Source: Octopus vulgaris
Taxonomy: Eukaryota
Assembly (NCBI GenBank): GCA_951406725.2
Contig: OX597825.1
Location: forward strand, 52,824,001-52,888,000
Reading direction: 5' to 3'
DNA: 64,000 nt
Numbering within the stretch: position 1 is the first letter of the stretch; each line of letters opens with the position of its first letter. The notes under the pieces were generated by a model. That model saw only the letters and a list, made by a program, of their open reading frames with translations. It did no database searches and was not told where the DNA came from. Of this stretch, positions 39,484 to 52,389 are shown one piece after another. The translations under genes were made by a program, and so were the position numbers.

Positions 39484-39988
39484 TATGTGTATATATATAT
39501 GTGTGTGTGTGTATACATATATATATGTATTATATGTATGTATATAAAGAAAATATAATATACACACAGTCATCTGATATCACATATACATGAGTGCTTG
39601 AATGTTTGTTTGTTTATCATCTCATTGTGTCTGTTGCAATGAATTCTACTGTGTGAATAGAATGGAGAGAAAAATTCTGCTCCTGGATATGTCAGCAGAC
39701 TCTCAGAGACAAATGGTAAGACTGTGTAGTTTGGTTTTCGTACAGCACTAACAAGGAAACAATAAATTATTCTGCTATTTTACAGTGCTCCCACTGTTCT
39801 CATTATTGCATGACTAATAATTTTATTGTAATATTGATTCCTGGACCGATGCAATGAGCTGAACAGTCATGCGTTTTGTTGCCATAAGCATGGCTGGAGA
39901 GAGACACAGAAACACTCTCTCCTTATCTCACACCCACTTTTTTCTGCTAATATATGTGTGTGTGTGTGTATGTGTGTGTGTATGCACA

Positions 39989-40044
<56 letters not shown>

Positions 40045-40457
40045 GATAGATAGATAGATATTACATATACATATATTTACATCTTTCTAGATCTATCTTT
40101 CTTTCTATCTGTCTATCCATATATATAAAAAACATATATACATATACACACACATATATATGTATATGGCTGTGTGTAAAAGTGTATATATATATATATG
40201 TGTGTGTGCATGTGTGTGTGTGTGAGTATATATATGTATATATGTACTTAAATTGAGAGAGTGAGAGACATATATCCTGCATACATACACATACACACAC
40301 ACACACATATACCCACATGTACATTCATACATAAAAATAAAATAATATAAACTCATACAACTATATATACACAGAAATGCACACACACACACACACACAT
40401 ACAAACACACAGACACACATGCATGCACACACACTTCCACACACTCTTACGCATACA

Positions 40458-40503
<46 letters not shown>

Positions 40504-40809
40504 CGCTAAAGTGTCTCGATAGGCAGTCATTAATAATTTAATTAAATTATTTAACACTAATTAATGTATTTCTTTTATTTGTATTACCATCAGACTGGAA
40601 AAACATAGGTTTAGCAGTAGTGTGGAACTTTGTGGTAAATATTCACTAAATTGGTAAACACTTCACTGCAGGAATGAAATGGTAGCAGTCAGTCTGTAGG
40701 AGAAGATGGAATTAGCTCTGAGAGACAATGGAGAACTGGTCAGCTGGAAACAAAACAGTTCTTTAAATTTCTATTGTTATACTTCGTTGCTTGTGTAATG
40801 GTAGTCCTA

Positions 40810-41690
40810 GTGGTGGCATTATGGTTGATGCTGTTGGTGGTGGTGGAGCTGCTGCTGGGTGCAACGATGATGATTATGGTGGCTGTATTAAGGACAGTGG
40901 TGGTGGTGGTGATGATGGAGATATTAGTGATGGTGGTGGTAGTGAAAATGGTTACTGTTATGATGGTGGTGGATGTGGCTGTGATAGTGATGATGATGAT
41001 GATATAGTGGTAGTGATGGTAGTGGGGGTGATGATGTCAGTGATAATGATGATGTTGGTGGTGGTACAATGATGCTGATGGTAGTGGGAGTGAGGTGATG
41101 ATGGTGGTGGCTTTGATGGAGATGGTGATAATATGATGGTTGTGATGGTTGTGATGGTGGTGGTGGTGGTGGTACAATGATGCTGATGGTAGTGGGAGTG
41201 AGGTGATGATGGTGGTGGCTTTGATGGAGATGGTGATAATATGATGGTTGTGATGGTGAGATGGTGGTGGTGGTGGTACAATGATGCTGATGGTAGTGGG
41301 AGTGAGGTGATGATGGTGGTGGCTGTGATGGAGGTGGTGCTAATATGATGGTTGTGATGGTGTTGATGGAGGTGGTAGTATTAGTGATAGTGAGATGGTG
41401 GTGGTTTTGGGGTGATGATGGTGGTAGTTGAGTTACTGGTCTTGGTCATTTTGAAGATGATTTGTGATGGAGATAGTGGTGGAGGTAGTTGTGATGGTAA
41501 TGACAGTATTGCCTTTGATTGTGAGAATGGTGGTTGCAGTGGTGGTGATTTTGGTGATAGAGTCTGTTGGATGTTTATGATTATGGGAGTGTGGATGGTG
41601 GCAGTGATGTTGGAGCTAGGGATGATGGTGACTGAGGAGAAGGTGGTTTGCTTGTTTGTGATAGTGATGGTGATAGTGGTAGAGGTGTAC
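40810..41690. repeat. GGT/GAT low-complexity region with a ~105-bp unit repeated three times (41057-41365)
   Basis: ggtggtggtacaatgatgctgatggtagtgggagtgaggtgatgatgg... recurs at ~41057, 41166 and 41271. Confidence 0.88.
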
Positions 41691-41745
41691 ATTTTCAGGT
41701 GGGGATGTAGGTAATTATATTATATTCCAGTATTTGGTGTTATTA

Positions 41746-42190
41746 AGGCAGTGAGCTGGCAGAATCATTAGCATGCCAAACAAAATGCTTACCGGTATTT
41801 TGTCTGCCTTTATGTTCTGAGTTCAAATTCTGCTGAGGTAGACTTTGCCTTTCATCCCCTTGGGGTCGATAAAATAAGTACCAGTTGAGTACTGGGTCGA
41901 TGTAATTGACTCACTCCCTCCCCCAGAAATTGCTGGCCTTGTGCCAAAAGCTGAAATGAATATTAATAATATGAAGGAGGCAGCGAGCTGTCAGAATCAT
42001 TAGCACACTGGGAAAAATGCTGAGCAGTATTTTGTCTGTCTTTACATTCTAAGTTCAAATTCTACTGAGGTCAGCTTTGCCTTTCATTTTTTCAGGATCA
42101 ATAAAATAATTACCAGCAGAGAACTGGGGTCGATGTAAGTGACTCACTCTGTCCCCCGAAATTGCTGACCTTGTGCTAAAATTTGAAACC
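41746..42190 (+). mobile_element. Two tandem SINE family A copies (~41746-41960, ~41978-42190)
   Basis: Both begin ggcagYgagctg.cagaatcattagca and carry the ctttgcctttcat core. Confidence 0.88.
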
Positions 42191-43154
42191 AATATTGTTG
42201 TCAATGCTGAAAGTTTGTTCAGCAAAGTGATGCATATCTTCAAGATATGTATGTTTCACTGAATTGTAATGTCTTTGTATTGTTTTTACAAACTTGGTTT
42301 TTGCATATCTTTTATGTTGTAACCTCCGAATGCAACTCAATCATTTTTACATCACTGTTGTGCTACAGGCATGTGGTTCTGTTGGCTTGATCTTCAAAGG
42401 AACTGAATGTCACTTGTTCACCTTCCTCATTGTTGTGTTCATTACTACTCTAAGTAGAGGCACCATTGTTGTTTTGAAAATGTTGTTCCTCTCTAAAACC
42501 CATTTTTGGTGTTTTATAGTGGATTTTATCTTTCTTTTGGGGAGATTTCCTTTTCATATTTGTGTTTCCATTGGAGTTGTTGACATTCTTTTCCTCCCCA
42601 ACCAACCCTTCCATGATGATGTAGTTGTATGGCTGTTGCTTTGTGTTGTGAAGACTGAGATTATATTTGATTTTGTTGCTGTGGCCACATTTCCTTCATC
42701 ATCTCTCCTTCATTATCAATGATACACATTGACTGAGAAACTAAACGTCTATTTCCTGGTTATGTTCTAGAACAAAGGACAGGGCAGTCTCCTGCCAAAT
42801 TCAAGACTTTGACTGGTACTATTTTTAGAATGCATCCTCTGGAATATGCTGCTGTTGATGTTTCTTTTTTTTTAACACCCTAGGCAGAAAGCTTTCATGT
42901 GACTTCTGTTGGTACAAGCTCTTTTGTCCTGCCTCTTCCCTTTAAGCAGTTGTATTTTTGTGCTCCGAACCAGACACAGCTCCAGAATAGCCTTATAGAT
43001 ATGTGGGTATCATAATGACTTATGAGTCCATACAGGCCTCTTCCAACCTGTAACTCCAGTTCTTACACTCCATTCATCTTGCTCCACAAGACAACAACAC
43101 AGCAGTTGTTAATATCACCTTAAATGCACTCATCATCTCTATGTTGATCTATAT

Positions 43155-43355
43155 ACTGTAGCAAGGGGAAAATTCACGAAAAAAACAAAAGACGAAGACA
43201 AGTAGTGTAGAAAACAAACAGATGTATTAGTATAATGCTCGGGAATTGAAAAAGTTTTTAACGTTTCGAGCCTACACTCTTCAACAGAAAGGAACACAGA
43301 AAGAAACAAAGAGAGAAAAAAAAATGTGTACAGTGGCTTCCGCTCTATCATGGCG
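43155..43355 (-). mobile_element. Short Penelope-like element with hammerhead motif
   Basis: Minus strand ~43255-43291: TTT-CTGTTGA-A-GAGT-gtag-GCTC-GAAA-CGTT-AAA. Similar architecture to 512-700. Confidence 0.65.
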
Positions 43356-45719
43356 AATATATACTGTATACTGTAGTACATGTATATGAGTGGCTGTGAA
43401 TATTATCACCACAAATGTTTTCCCTACTTTGTTTTAACTCCGAAAAGAGAACAAACAAAGTTCTAGAATCTGCCTGGTTCAAAAGACAAAATAGCCTTCT
43501 ATACACAGGCAAGTGTCTGAGTCAATAAATTTTTGAGATGGTACATTAAAGCACTCTTCTGTTTTTGTGAGGTGTAAGTACAAGAACTTTCTGTTATATT
43601 GCTCTTGAAGAAATCTTGTACTGAGCCCATGGCCAGGATATTAAACTATCAATTTTGAAAAATTGCTTCATATAGCCAATATGGCTGCCTCATAGTTATT
43701 CTTGTGGTGTCCAAATGAAACAAGTGACAAATCAGTGATATACTAAAATTTCCTTTGAATGAGATTGGTATATTAAGCACATAAACATATTCTAGATTGC
43801 TGTTAAAGCAGAAACCGACGAAGATCAATATAAAATAATAAACAAGTTTTGGAAACTGAATAATTAATGAAATATATTAACAGGTATGAATGATACATGT
43901 GGCAAATCAGTCAAGAGTCTATGAACACATAGAATGTAAGTATGCACAAGATAAAATGGAAAGTCTTCATGATTTGTGTGCAAGCAGCGTGTTTGGGCAT
44001 GAAGTATGTGCAAGCTATATAGGTGGTTTGTATTTGTGCTCATGCATGTGCACAATAGAGTGTGTCTACATGAGAGATGTTTTCATACAAATGAGTCTGT
44101 ATATGTTCTCATACAAGCTGTAAAGCAGAAAGGTGAAATAAACAATGTAATTACCATTTTGCAAGAAGAGGCACATGCATGTGCACATGTGCATGCACAA
44201 ACACATACACACGTATGTACTACACACAACACACATATTGTGTACTATTGGCCACCACCTGCTCTAAATGGCTAATAAGTTGTTTTTAGTAAAATAACAA
44301 GCGGAAACTGCAAAAAAGCGTGTTGTTTATTCTGTATGACCAAGTAATGTGTATTGCATCTGGCTTTATGTTGCTCTACATGTATGCTTGTGTGTGTATG
44401 CATGTGTGTGTGTGTGTGTGTGTACATCTTTGTGTGTCTGTGTATGAAAGACATCAAAATTGAATACATCTTAATTCGAATGGAGAGAAAGGAAATACTT
44501 GTTGCTGGAAATTTGCATGTTTAAAACAGTTTAAAAAGTTTATGTGATTAATTATAATTTTATAAAAAGAAAAAAGCAGAATAAAATGAAATTTTGTATT
44601 GCTTGAAGAATTAATGACATATAAAAACTATCCAAGACATATCCTGTTTATATAGGAAACTAGTAATTAAAGCCATAATTTCTACTGGTTGATCTTTTTT
44701 TTTCTTATTTTCAGATGGTGAATATTCTACATTTGTAGTTGTTTCTTTCATTGTCAAACTGTCTCGTGTAAGAGATGTTGGTACTGATGTGTCGACATTG
44801 AGTCGGTTAATGTTCTGCATGACTGGGGATTAGTGCATCGTAGTTAAAACAGTTCTTGCTGACTAATGGTGATGGATAATGGAGGTGAAAATACTGCCTC
44901 TGACATTATGCTGGCAGTGGTATAAATATATGTGTCAAAAGACTGTGATAAACAGCTGCTGGTCAGGTGGGAACAGATGTATGCATATGGCTGGTTAAAA
45001 ATAACTGGGCTAATCAGTGTTACTGTAACATTAGTAGTATGATAGTACACAGGTAGAGAATCTCACAGTTGTTGTCATAAACAAAATTGTTTGATCAAAG
45101 GTAGAAAATAATGGTGAACTTACAAACAAAGGTGATGCTCAGAAGCATAAAGAAAAATGTGCTTCTAAACATATGTTGTGTTGTTCCATGAAAAAACTAA
45201 TGTGTAAAAAGACGTGTTAAATCAGATAAAACATCTGTTTAATATGGAGAAAGACAGTTGGTTAAACAGGAACATAATGTTTTTTAATCAGAAATATGTT
45301 AGGTTAATCAGAAGCGCAGATGTTTGTTCTTAAGTCGAGGTTCAAAAATTGTTAGTGATTTTGTAGTTTCCATGAGGAAAATGACTGTTTGATCAAAAGT
45401 CGAGGACCATTAATTTCAGAAAATTAAAGGAATGTTTGCAGATATAACAACAACACATCGTACATAATTTTCTCTTCTTTTGGAGATGTAAACCAAAAAT
45501 ATACCTCTTCCAGTCATTTTGGTACAACGATTCAATAGCACAAATTCAACTTTGATATTGCGGAAAAAACGACAAGCTTGATTATATGGTAATAATACAA
45601 AGCTAGGTGAGCATAGAGTGTTGTGAGAATTTATAAATTTGTGTTTATTAGTTCAACTGTGTACTAGCTGATAACACCCAGCATATAAAGTGAAAGAAAA
45701 ACAGAAAATGAATGTAATA

Positions 45720-45905
45720 TTGGCTTCAGATATTGGCATGAGGGCAGTAATTTTGGAGGAGTAGGTAATTCGATTAGATCAACCTGAAAGGATAAAAAGC
45801 AGAGTCAACCTCAGTAGAATTTGAATGCAGAACATAAAGATGTATAAAATACTGCTAAGCATTTTGCCCAGAATGCTAATGGTTCTGGCAGCTCACTGCC
45901 TTAAA
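45720..45905 (-). mobile_element. SINE family A (decayed)
   Basis: ctgaaaggataaaaagcagagtcaacctcagtagaatttgaa...ttctggcagctcactgcc. Confidence 0.8.
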
Positions 45906-46329
45906 TGACTGTAATATTAAACTGTTGGAAATAATAACTGGCAAATGATTTCTTATCAAGTTTAATGTTTCAGGATAAAAGACAGTCAAACAGAGAACTG
46001 ATTCTGTCTGAATGATGCAAAAGCCCAGAAGAGGATGTTGAGAAGTGTTGTTTGGTACTTGATGGAAGTCAAACATGAAAATGTGTTTCTAGGGCTGCAT
46101 ATTCAAGTAATTAACAACACTCACAAACAATTAATTGTAGCCTTTTCTACTGCACATGGTGTTTACAGTGTTAGGCTGTTGATGAAAAATAACAGCAACA
46201 AGTATCAGTGGCCGAGGAACAAAATTAGCATATGTGGTGCAAACCCAGGTACAAATTTTTTATGGAAAAAGTGGATATTTTCAATGTTAACAATAAAACA
46301 AATGCAGTTATGATAATAATATTTATTAC

Positions 46330-46835
46330 TATGAGGGTCAGCTGAAATGCTCGTAGGCTCAGCAAGACAGTCTCATGGAATGTGACTAAATAAAGTTCAT
46401 TTTTTAAAATAGTTCCTCTTACTGTCCACACACTTCCATCAATAGTTACAGTACTTTGATCATACTGGTGAAGAAGCTATTCTGTTGGTCAAAATAGTCA
46501 TCAACAACATGTGAGATGTCATCATCACAGTGATACTGGTGCCCAGTTGAGTGTTTTTCCATGCTGGAAAACAGACGATAATCAGATGGAACCAAATCAC
46601 TAATATAGGAAGGGTGATTAAACAGTTCAAAGCCAGTCATGCACAGCAGCCATTGGAACCAAGGATTTTTGTGCTGAAGCATTGTCCTATTGAAACAAGA
46701 CTTCATTCATCAATCTTTCTGGGTGCTTTGTCTTGATAGCCTTTCATAATTGCCTTAGCAAGTTGGCATTGAACTTTTCATTGATGGTGTGACCATTTTG
46801 AAGAGAGTCAATAAACACAATATTTTTTGCATTAA
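46330..46835 (-). mobile_element. mariner 3' fragment with one TIR
   Basis: TIR tatgagggtcagctgaaa; HPSYISDLVPSDYRLF; same family as 18025-18815. Confidence 0.85.
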
Positions 46836-47619
46836 CATACAGTATATGTGATAATGTGAAGTATATTTTGTATATTAAAATATTCTATTTTGGAAACATA
46901 TCAAGCGAAGCAGTAAAAATACAAATTGCAAGTATTTCAAAATGTGGGACGCTACATGACACAAACTTACAAAAAAAAAAAAAGAAAAGAATATAGTGGT
47001 CCTTGTGTTCCAAAGGTACGAGTAATTCTGTTAAAAATACCTTGATTCCTCATGTAGCTTGTACATGGTGATGTGAGTGGTATATAAACAAAGCATGGCA
47101 TCAAATATCCCTGGTGGCAATTCTCTCTTCTCTTGCTATCTCAAAAGAAAATCCTTATTTATAGCCATCTGTTGGCTCAAAACAGACACACTTTTGCTGG
47201 TCTGGTAGGCAGTCTGACTGGATGACTTAAAGCATTCAATTGGCACAAATGGGTATGATCATGTGGCCACTTATAGAGAACAGGCAAAATATGCAAATTG
47301 GCAGTGATCTAAGTCTAGACAGCAAAATAATAAACATAGCATTCATTGCACCTTCATATGAGACATAGAAGAAACAAATAATCTTCCTCTCTACAGCCAC
47401 CAAACACAGAGCCAAGTAGTACATATAGAAAATAATGAAAATGAAAATGACATACCCTCCATCTGGGTTACGAGAAATGGTGCATGACAAACATCAATAT
47501 GCAATGAGTTAGAAGGTACTATGCACCCGGGAGGGGTTTTCAACAACTTGGGCAATTTCTTGCACTCGCATACAAATAAAATGGTTTAAGACTTTCTGTT
47601 GCCACAAGGTAAGTTTTGT

Positions 47620-48585
47620 GTAAGACCCAGAGAGTGCAGCTTTTGAGTGCACAGCTTTTGAGTACACAGCTCCTCTTATTCTTTATTTTAAGACAACCTT
47701 GCAATATAAGAAGTGAGCAATTCCTTATAATTTAAGATAACAAGGCTATTTTAAATGGTGGATCCAACAGGCTGAGTTATTTTTTCTGCTGTATTCAGTA
47801 AATCAGTGACAATGAAGTATTGCCACAGCAGCAATAAATATATGAACATCAGCAGCTGCAGTTCTCAGCACACCAATATGTGACCACATCCTCTGTTCAA
47901 GTACTGTGTAATCAATTATTGACATGATCTTACTTGATTACATATCATTGAATACCTCTTATAACGACAGGGGGTGAACCTTTCTGGTGCTCAATTTAAT
48001 ACACATTGATGGCAATGAAAGAAATGTAGTAAGAATGCCTCAGCTGTAGAAACACTGCCAGATCAGACTGGGCCTGGTGCAGCCTTCTGGCTTCCCAGAA
48101 CCCAGTTGAACCGTCCAACCCATGCTAGCATGGAAAACGGATGTTAAACGATGATGATGATGATGATGGCAATGAAAGAAATGTAGTAAGAATGCCTCAG
48201 GAAAGAATCGCTAGACAGGTTTTACAGGAAACCCAGGGGTAGACCACGAGCAAGTTGTTTGGATAACATCCATGCACTCGGTTGGTTTCTTTTTGGGTTC
48301 TAGCTGAATAAGAATCATTTGAAGATTGTTGATTGTGACAGGACTCGATGGAAGTCGGGCTCGAGGACTCGTCTCCCATAACATTTCCAAGAATTTAGTG
48401 GGTAAAAAGGGGAGTTGAGATTTACATACACAAATAATCCACACACATAAACACATATAACTTGGTTTCAAAATTTGGCACAAGACCAGCAGTTTCAGTG
48501 GAAGGATATCCCAATTACATCGACTCAAGTGTTCAACTGCTTATTTTATTGACCCTGAAAGGATAAAGGACAAAGCCGACCCCAG
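47620..48585 (+). repeat. Segmental duplicate of ~52740-53790
   Basis: Colinear matches, e.g. aaccttgcaatataa, gcagttctc.gcacaccaa, taatcaattattg, ggaaagaatcg, gatggaagtcgggctc, catacacaaataatccac. Confidence 0.9.
48044..48163 (+). mobile_element. 120-bp RTE 3' end with a 37-bp flanking duplication
   Basis: tgatggcaatgaaagaaatgtagtaagaatgcctcag at 48007-48043 and 48164-48200; (GAT)n tail. Confidence 0.92.
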
Positions 48586-48900
48586 TGACGTTTGAACTCA
48601 GAAGGTAAAGACGAAAGAAATGCTGTTGGGCATTTTGTCCGGCATGCTAACCATTCTGCCAGCTCTTGGCCTCTATAGCTGTATATATTGATTTCAAATT
48701 TTGACACAAGGCCATTAGTTTCGGGGGAGGGGTATGTGTCCATTACATAGATCACAGTGCTCAACAGGTACTTATTTTATCGACCAGGAAACGATGAATG
48801 GCAAAGTCAACGTCGGCGGAATTTGAACTCAGAACATGAAGATGGACGAAATGCCCCTAACTATTATGTCCGGTGTGCTACCGATTCTTCCAGCTCACCG
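48465..48900 (-). mobile_element. Two tandem SINE family A copies
   Basis: Each ends in ttc.gccagctc and has gaaaggat.aa.gg..caaag..gac and tttgaactcagaa. Confidence 0.85.
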
Positions 48901-49072
48901 ACTTTGTATCAGTATATGCTGAAAGAGAGATAAGCATGCACATAAACACACACAAGCGCGCACAAATGCACACACATACACGCACACACGCACGCACACA
49001 CGCATGCACACACATACACACACACATCAATGAAAATGCATACATCATATATGTAAAAATTTGGTTGCGTAC

Positions 49073-49330
49073 CTGTGTGTGTGCGTGTAGGCGTCTACGT
49101 GTGAAATTCATTCAAATTTTTTCCATTTCTATGGAAAAATTCTTGAATATTCTCCATAGAATTCATTGAAGAATTACTACATTTCTTCATAGCGTCATTA
49201 TGACGTCACAATATCGGAAACGTTTGCTCCAAGGCCTTCGTTTCAAATAATATTCAGTCTCTTTCAATCTTCCGCGGTGATTAGAGGCTAGAGAATGTGT
49301 GCGCCGGGAGACGCATCCGAACACCTGAAG
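49073..49330 (-). promoter_or_regulatory. Candidate promoter and first exon
   Basis: Perfect CRE palindrome TGACGTCA at 49201-49208, CpG-rich unique sequence, minus-strand donor CAG|GTACGC at 49073/49072, just right of the CpG-decay boundary. Confidence 0.3.
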
Positions 49331-49387
49331 ACTAGAGTGAAGTCAGAGTCATCTTCACCTTTTTTTTTTGGTGTTTGTGGGGATATT

Positions 49388-49795
49388 TTAAGCAGACACT
49401 CACAGCTGTGAACTACAGAAATGCTTCCTCGTTTAAGAAAAAAAATGATAAATTTTAACGAAATATTTTACAAATATCTCTTGGATAGCGTAATTTACGT
49501 CTATAGCGGAATTTGAAGTGAAAAAAAATAGAGGTCATGCACGCATATATATATTGACACAAATCACAATTTTTTTCAAAACTTCAAGTTTCATTATGTA
49601 AAAATATGTTATGTGTGTAAGTATATATATATGTGTGTGTACTTTCGCGAATTTTTCTTTTAACTTTTTTCACATTAAATTCCGATATTTACACCAACCG
49701 AGAAGTATTTGTAGAAAATTTCCTTAGAAATATAAGTATTTTCTGGAAATTATCAGTAAACAAAGTCGAGGACACAACTGTCTGGGTCTGCCGTT
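49388..49795. mobile_element. Possible MITE (TTAA-flanked, Kolobok-like)
   Basis: Imperfect TIRs gcagacactcacagctgtg / cacaactgtctgggtctgc. Confidence 0.35.
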
Positions 49796-50059
49796 TTATG
49801 CACCTTTGAATTCTTAAACACCCTCTGTAACATGCTGGTTGGTACCATAACATAGTTACAAGGTGTCCGGTATTGTTCCTCCAACCGTATGAAGTCTTAG
49901 CCAGGCAATTTCAGGACAGGAAACCTGGAGGTTCCAACCAGAAACGATACTTCTGTTACGATATGTTCACACAGAATGTTTCATTGTAAACAAGAGTGTA
50001 AGTGTAAGGGGATATGATAGTAAGGATGGGTAAATAGAATTCGTACATGAAAAGTTCCT

Positions 50060-50240
50060 TTCTACTATAGGAACAAGGCTTGAAATTTGGTGGAGTGAGT
50101 ACTCGATCATATTGACCACAAAGTTTCACTTCCACTTATTCAACAACAAAAGGATTAAGGGAAGTATCGACCTCGGTGGAATTTGAACTCAGATTGCAAA
50201 AGTGGACGAAATGCTAACCAATATACCGCTCACCGCCTTA
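50060..50240 (-). mobile_element. SINE family A (decayed)
   Basis: tcgacctcggtggaatttgaactcaga...gctcaccgcctt. Confidence 0.7.
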
Positions 50241-50714
50241 TGGACACGAATAATGGCTACTCGACATATAGTTCACAGGTAGATGTAGAGAGTATGGTTA
50301 TAAACTCGGTGAGTGTTCAAATAAAACAAAAGTTTTCTGCTATTAAACTGTTTGAAAATATTTTCTTGATATTATCATAATAAAAGCAACATTCTGTCTG
50401 TCTGGGACCCTTCCATCTCAGTCTACATTTGCTTTACCAAGACATGCTATACGTTTTTGGAATCAGAACGATCCCGGGATTGAAAATGTACCCTTCATTT
50501 GATTCTTGAACATCCAGTATGAGGTCTGGTTCAAAACCATTTGGGTTGCTACTTTTAGCAGGTACAGCTTGGCTGATTCTCACAATCTTGGTGGGCGTTT
50601 GTCAGATGTTTTTTATTCCTTATAAAAAGGATACATAGAGATGACAAACAATGACAGACAAGGACATATAAGGGTTAGACACTATTACAACAGATTAAAA
50701 ACGAATGAGTGTGT

Positions 50715-51163
50715 TAATTCATTGATGTAGTGAGCGAGATTTGGCTGCTATTTCTAGCAGACTTAGTAGCCACCTTATGGACCTCCAGTTTAGCAAATTG
50801 TATAATCAAGAGCAATCCATAGGAGATTCCGAAGAGAAACGGCAGAGTGTAGTGAATTGTATGGGACTTAATTGATTCATGAGACAAGAGAGACGAGTGG
50901 GACTAATGGTTGAGTGAAGATGGTTTGAATCCTGCGGGTTCCAGGATGTAGAGAGAAGACTTAGCTCGCTTATGGCGAAAGACGATCAAGCGTGTAGCTT
51001 TTTTACTAGGTACGTTCTAGTATGACTATGTGTGCAGCAACAGCTCCGTTGCGAACGTGATGAGAGTCATAGTCCATTGTGGACCTCTGATGTGCTTCCT
51101 AGTGTAGGTATCTCGAAACACCGTGTCACGCATCATGTGATACAAGTGCGTAGAGAAGGAATA
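50715..51163 (+). repeat. High-identity duplicate of ~54105-54562
   Basis: Long identical runs, e.g. cttatggacctccagtttagcaaattgtataatcaagagcaatccataggagattccgaagagaaacggcaga. Confidence 0.95.
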
Positions 51164-51165
51164 TA

Positions 51166-52389
51166 TTAGACTGTCTCACATGAAATGTCGCATTTGAAAA
51201 AGGAAATTGTTTTTTTTAAGTTTTATAATATCTTTTACTAAATCAAAATATGACCCTTGTTTGTTTATGTCCTTCATGCAACGTTCCTCTTAGGCATATA
51301 TTCCATTTTCAAAGAATTTGTCATCTTTTACACTGTTCGAATTCTTCAATTACTTCTTTATTTAAGAATGTTTTACTGCGTATAGCAAGCTGGAAGTTTT
51401 TAATTATGTGATCACTAGTAGAAGAGATATCAGGAGAATAAGAAGATGTGCCAAGATTTCATAATTCATGCTTTGCAACTTGTGGACCGTTTGCTTGAGA
51501 AGTGTGAGGCCGTGCATTATCATGAAGCAAAATTGGGCCATCTCTATTCACTAATCTGGGTTGCTTCTTTTTAAATGTTTCATGTATACAATCAATTTAC
51601 TGACAATATGATGCTGCTGTTATAGTTTTTCCTTGTTGCAAAAGGGAATAATGAATAACCCCCTTTGTTGACCACCATACAGTGGCTTTTTAGGGTGCAA
51701 TGGTGGTTTTGGGTAGTGTTTTGGTGACTCTCTTTTATCTAACCACTGTCCTGTCCTGCTGTTATCAAAGAGTATCCATTTCTCATCAGACGTAATGAGT
51801 CAATACAAAAATAGTTCTCTTTCCAATCGAGAAATCAACATGGAACACACTGTAAGGCGCCTGTTTCTTCGAATCTCATTAAGTTGATGGGGAACAAGCC
51901 TATCTATCTTTTTGATTTTTCTAATTTTCTTCAAGTGGCGAGAAGCAGTTGCGGGAGATGTCTGGAGCTCTGATCCGATTTTTCTCGGATTTCGTTTAAC
52001 CAAAGCATTCAGTTCGTCATGCCGAACAACTGATTTTAGTCTCCTTCTTGGTTCATTTTTAAGGCTTTCATTTCTTGAACGTAATTTTTGGAACTATTTT
52101 TGAACAGTTTTAATGTCAACATAATCATTACCAAAAGCCCACTTATTGTTTCGTAGAGCTTCAGTAGCAGAGTGACCCAACTTGTATTCGTACAAGAAAA
52201 CCACTCGGTATTGTTCAGTTGTCAACATTGTCATAAGAGCCGTGGGTGGCAATTTTGAATAATAGTATTGTCTAGAAAGAAAACGAGTTGAGAGTAAACA
52301 CAAGCATATACAGAGAAACTCATTAAAAATCCATTTATATATGACTCATAGAAACCTATTTAAAATACAGTTCACGTGAGACAACCTAA
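51166..52389 (-). mobile_element. Full-length mariner (DD34D-type) with disrupted transposase
   Basis: TIRs ttagactgtctcacatgaa / ttcacgtgagacaacctaa, TA TSD; peptides YEYKLGHSATEA, LVPHQL, ITSDEKWILFDN, LLHDNARPH, YSPDISSSDH. Confidence 0.93.

Noticed and set aside
39660-39820. Plus-strand donor (atg|gtaaga) and acceptor (ttttacag|) about 70 nt apart
   Set aside because: Resulting peptides are short and unrecognisable, with no supporting neighbouring exons.
42400-43130. Minus-strand remnant with a possible zinc knuckle (SHMKAFC), perhaps LINE ORF1
   Set aside because: Too decayed to assign.
44611-44820. Protein-like 69-aa minus-strand ORF
   Set aside because: In-frame stop just upstream, no motif and no convincing splice context.
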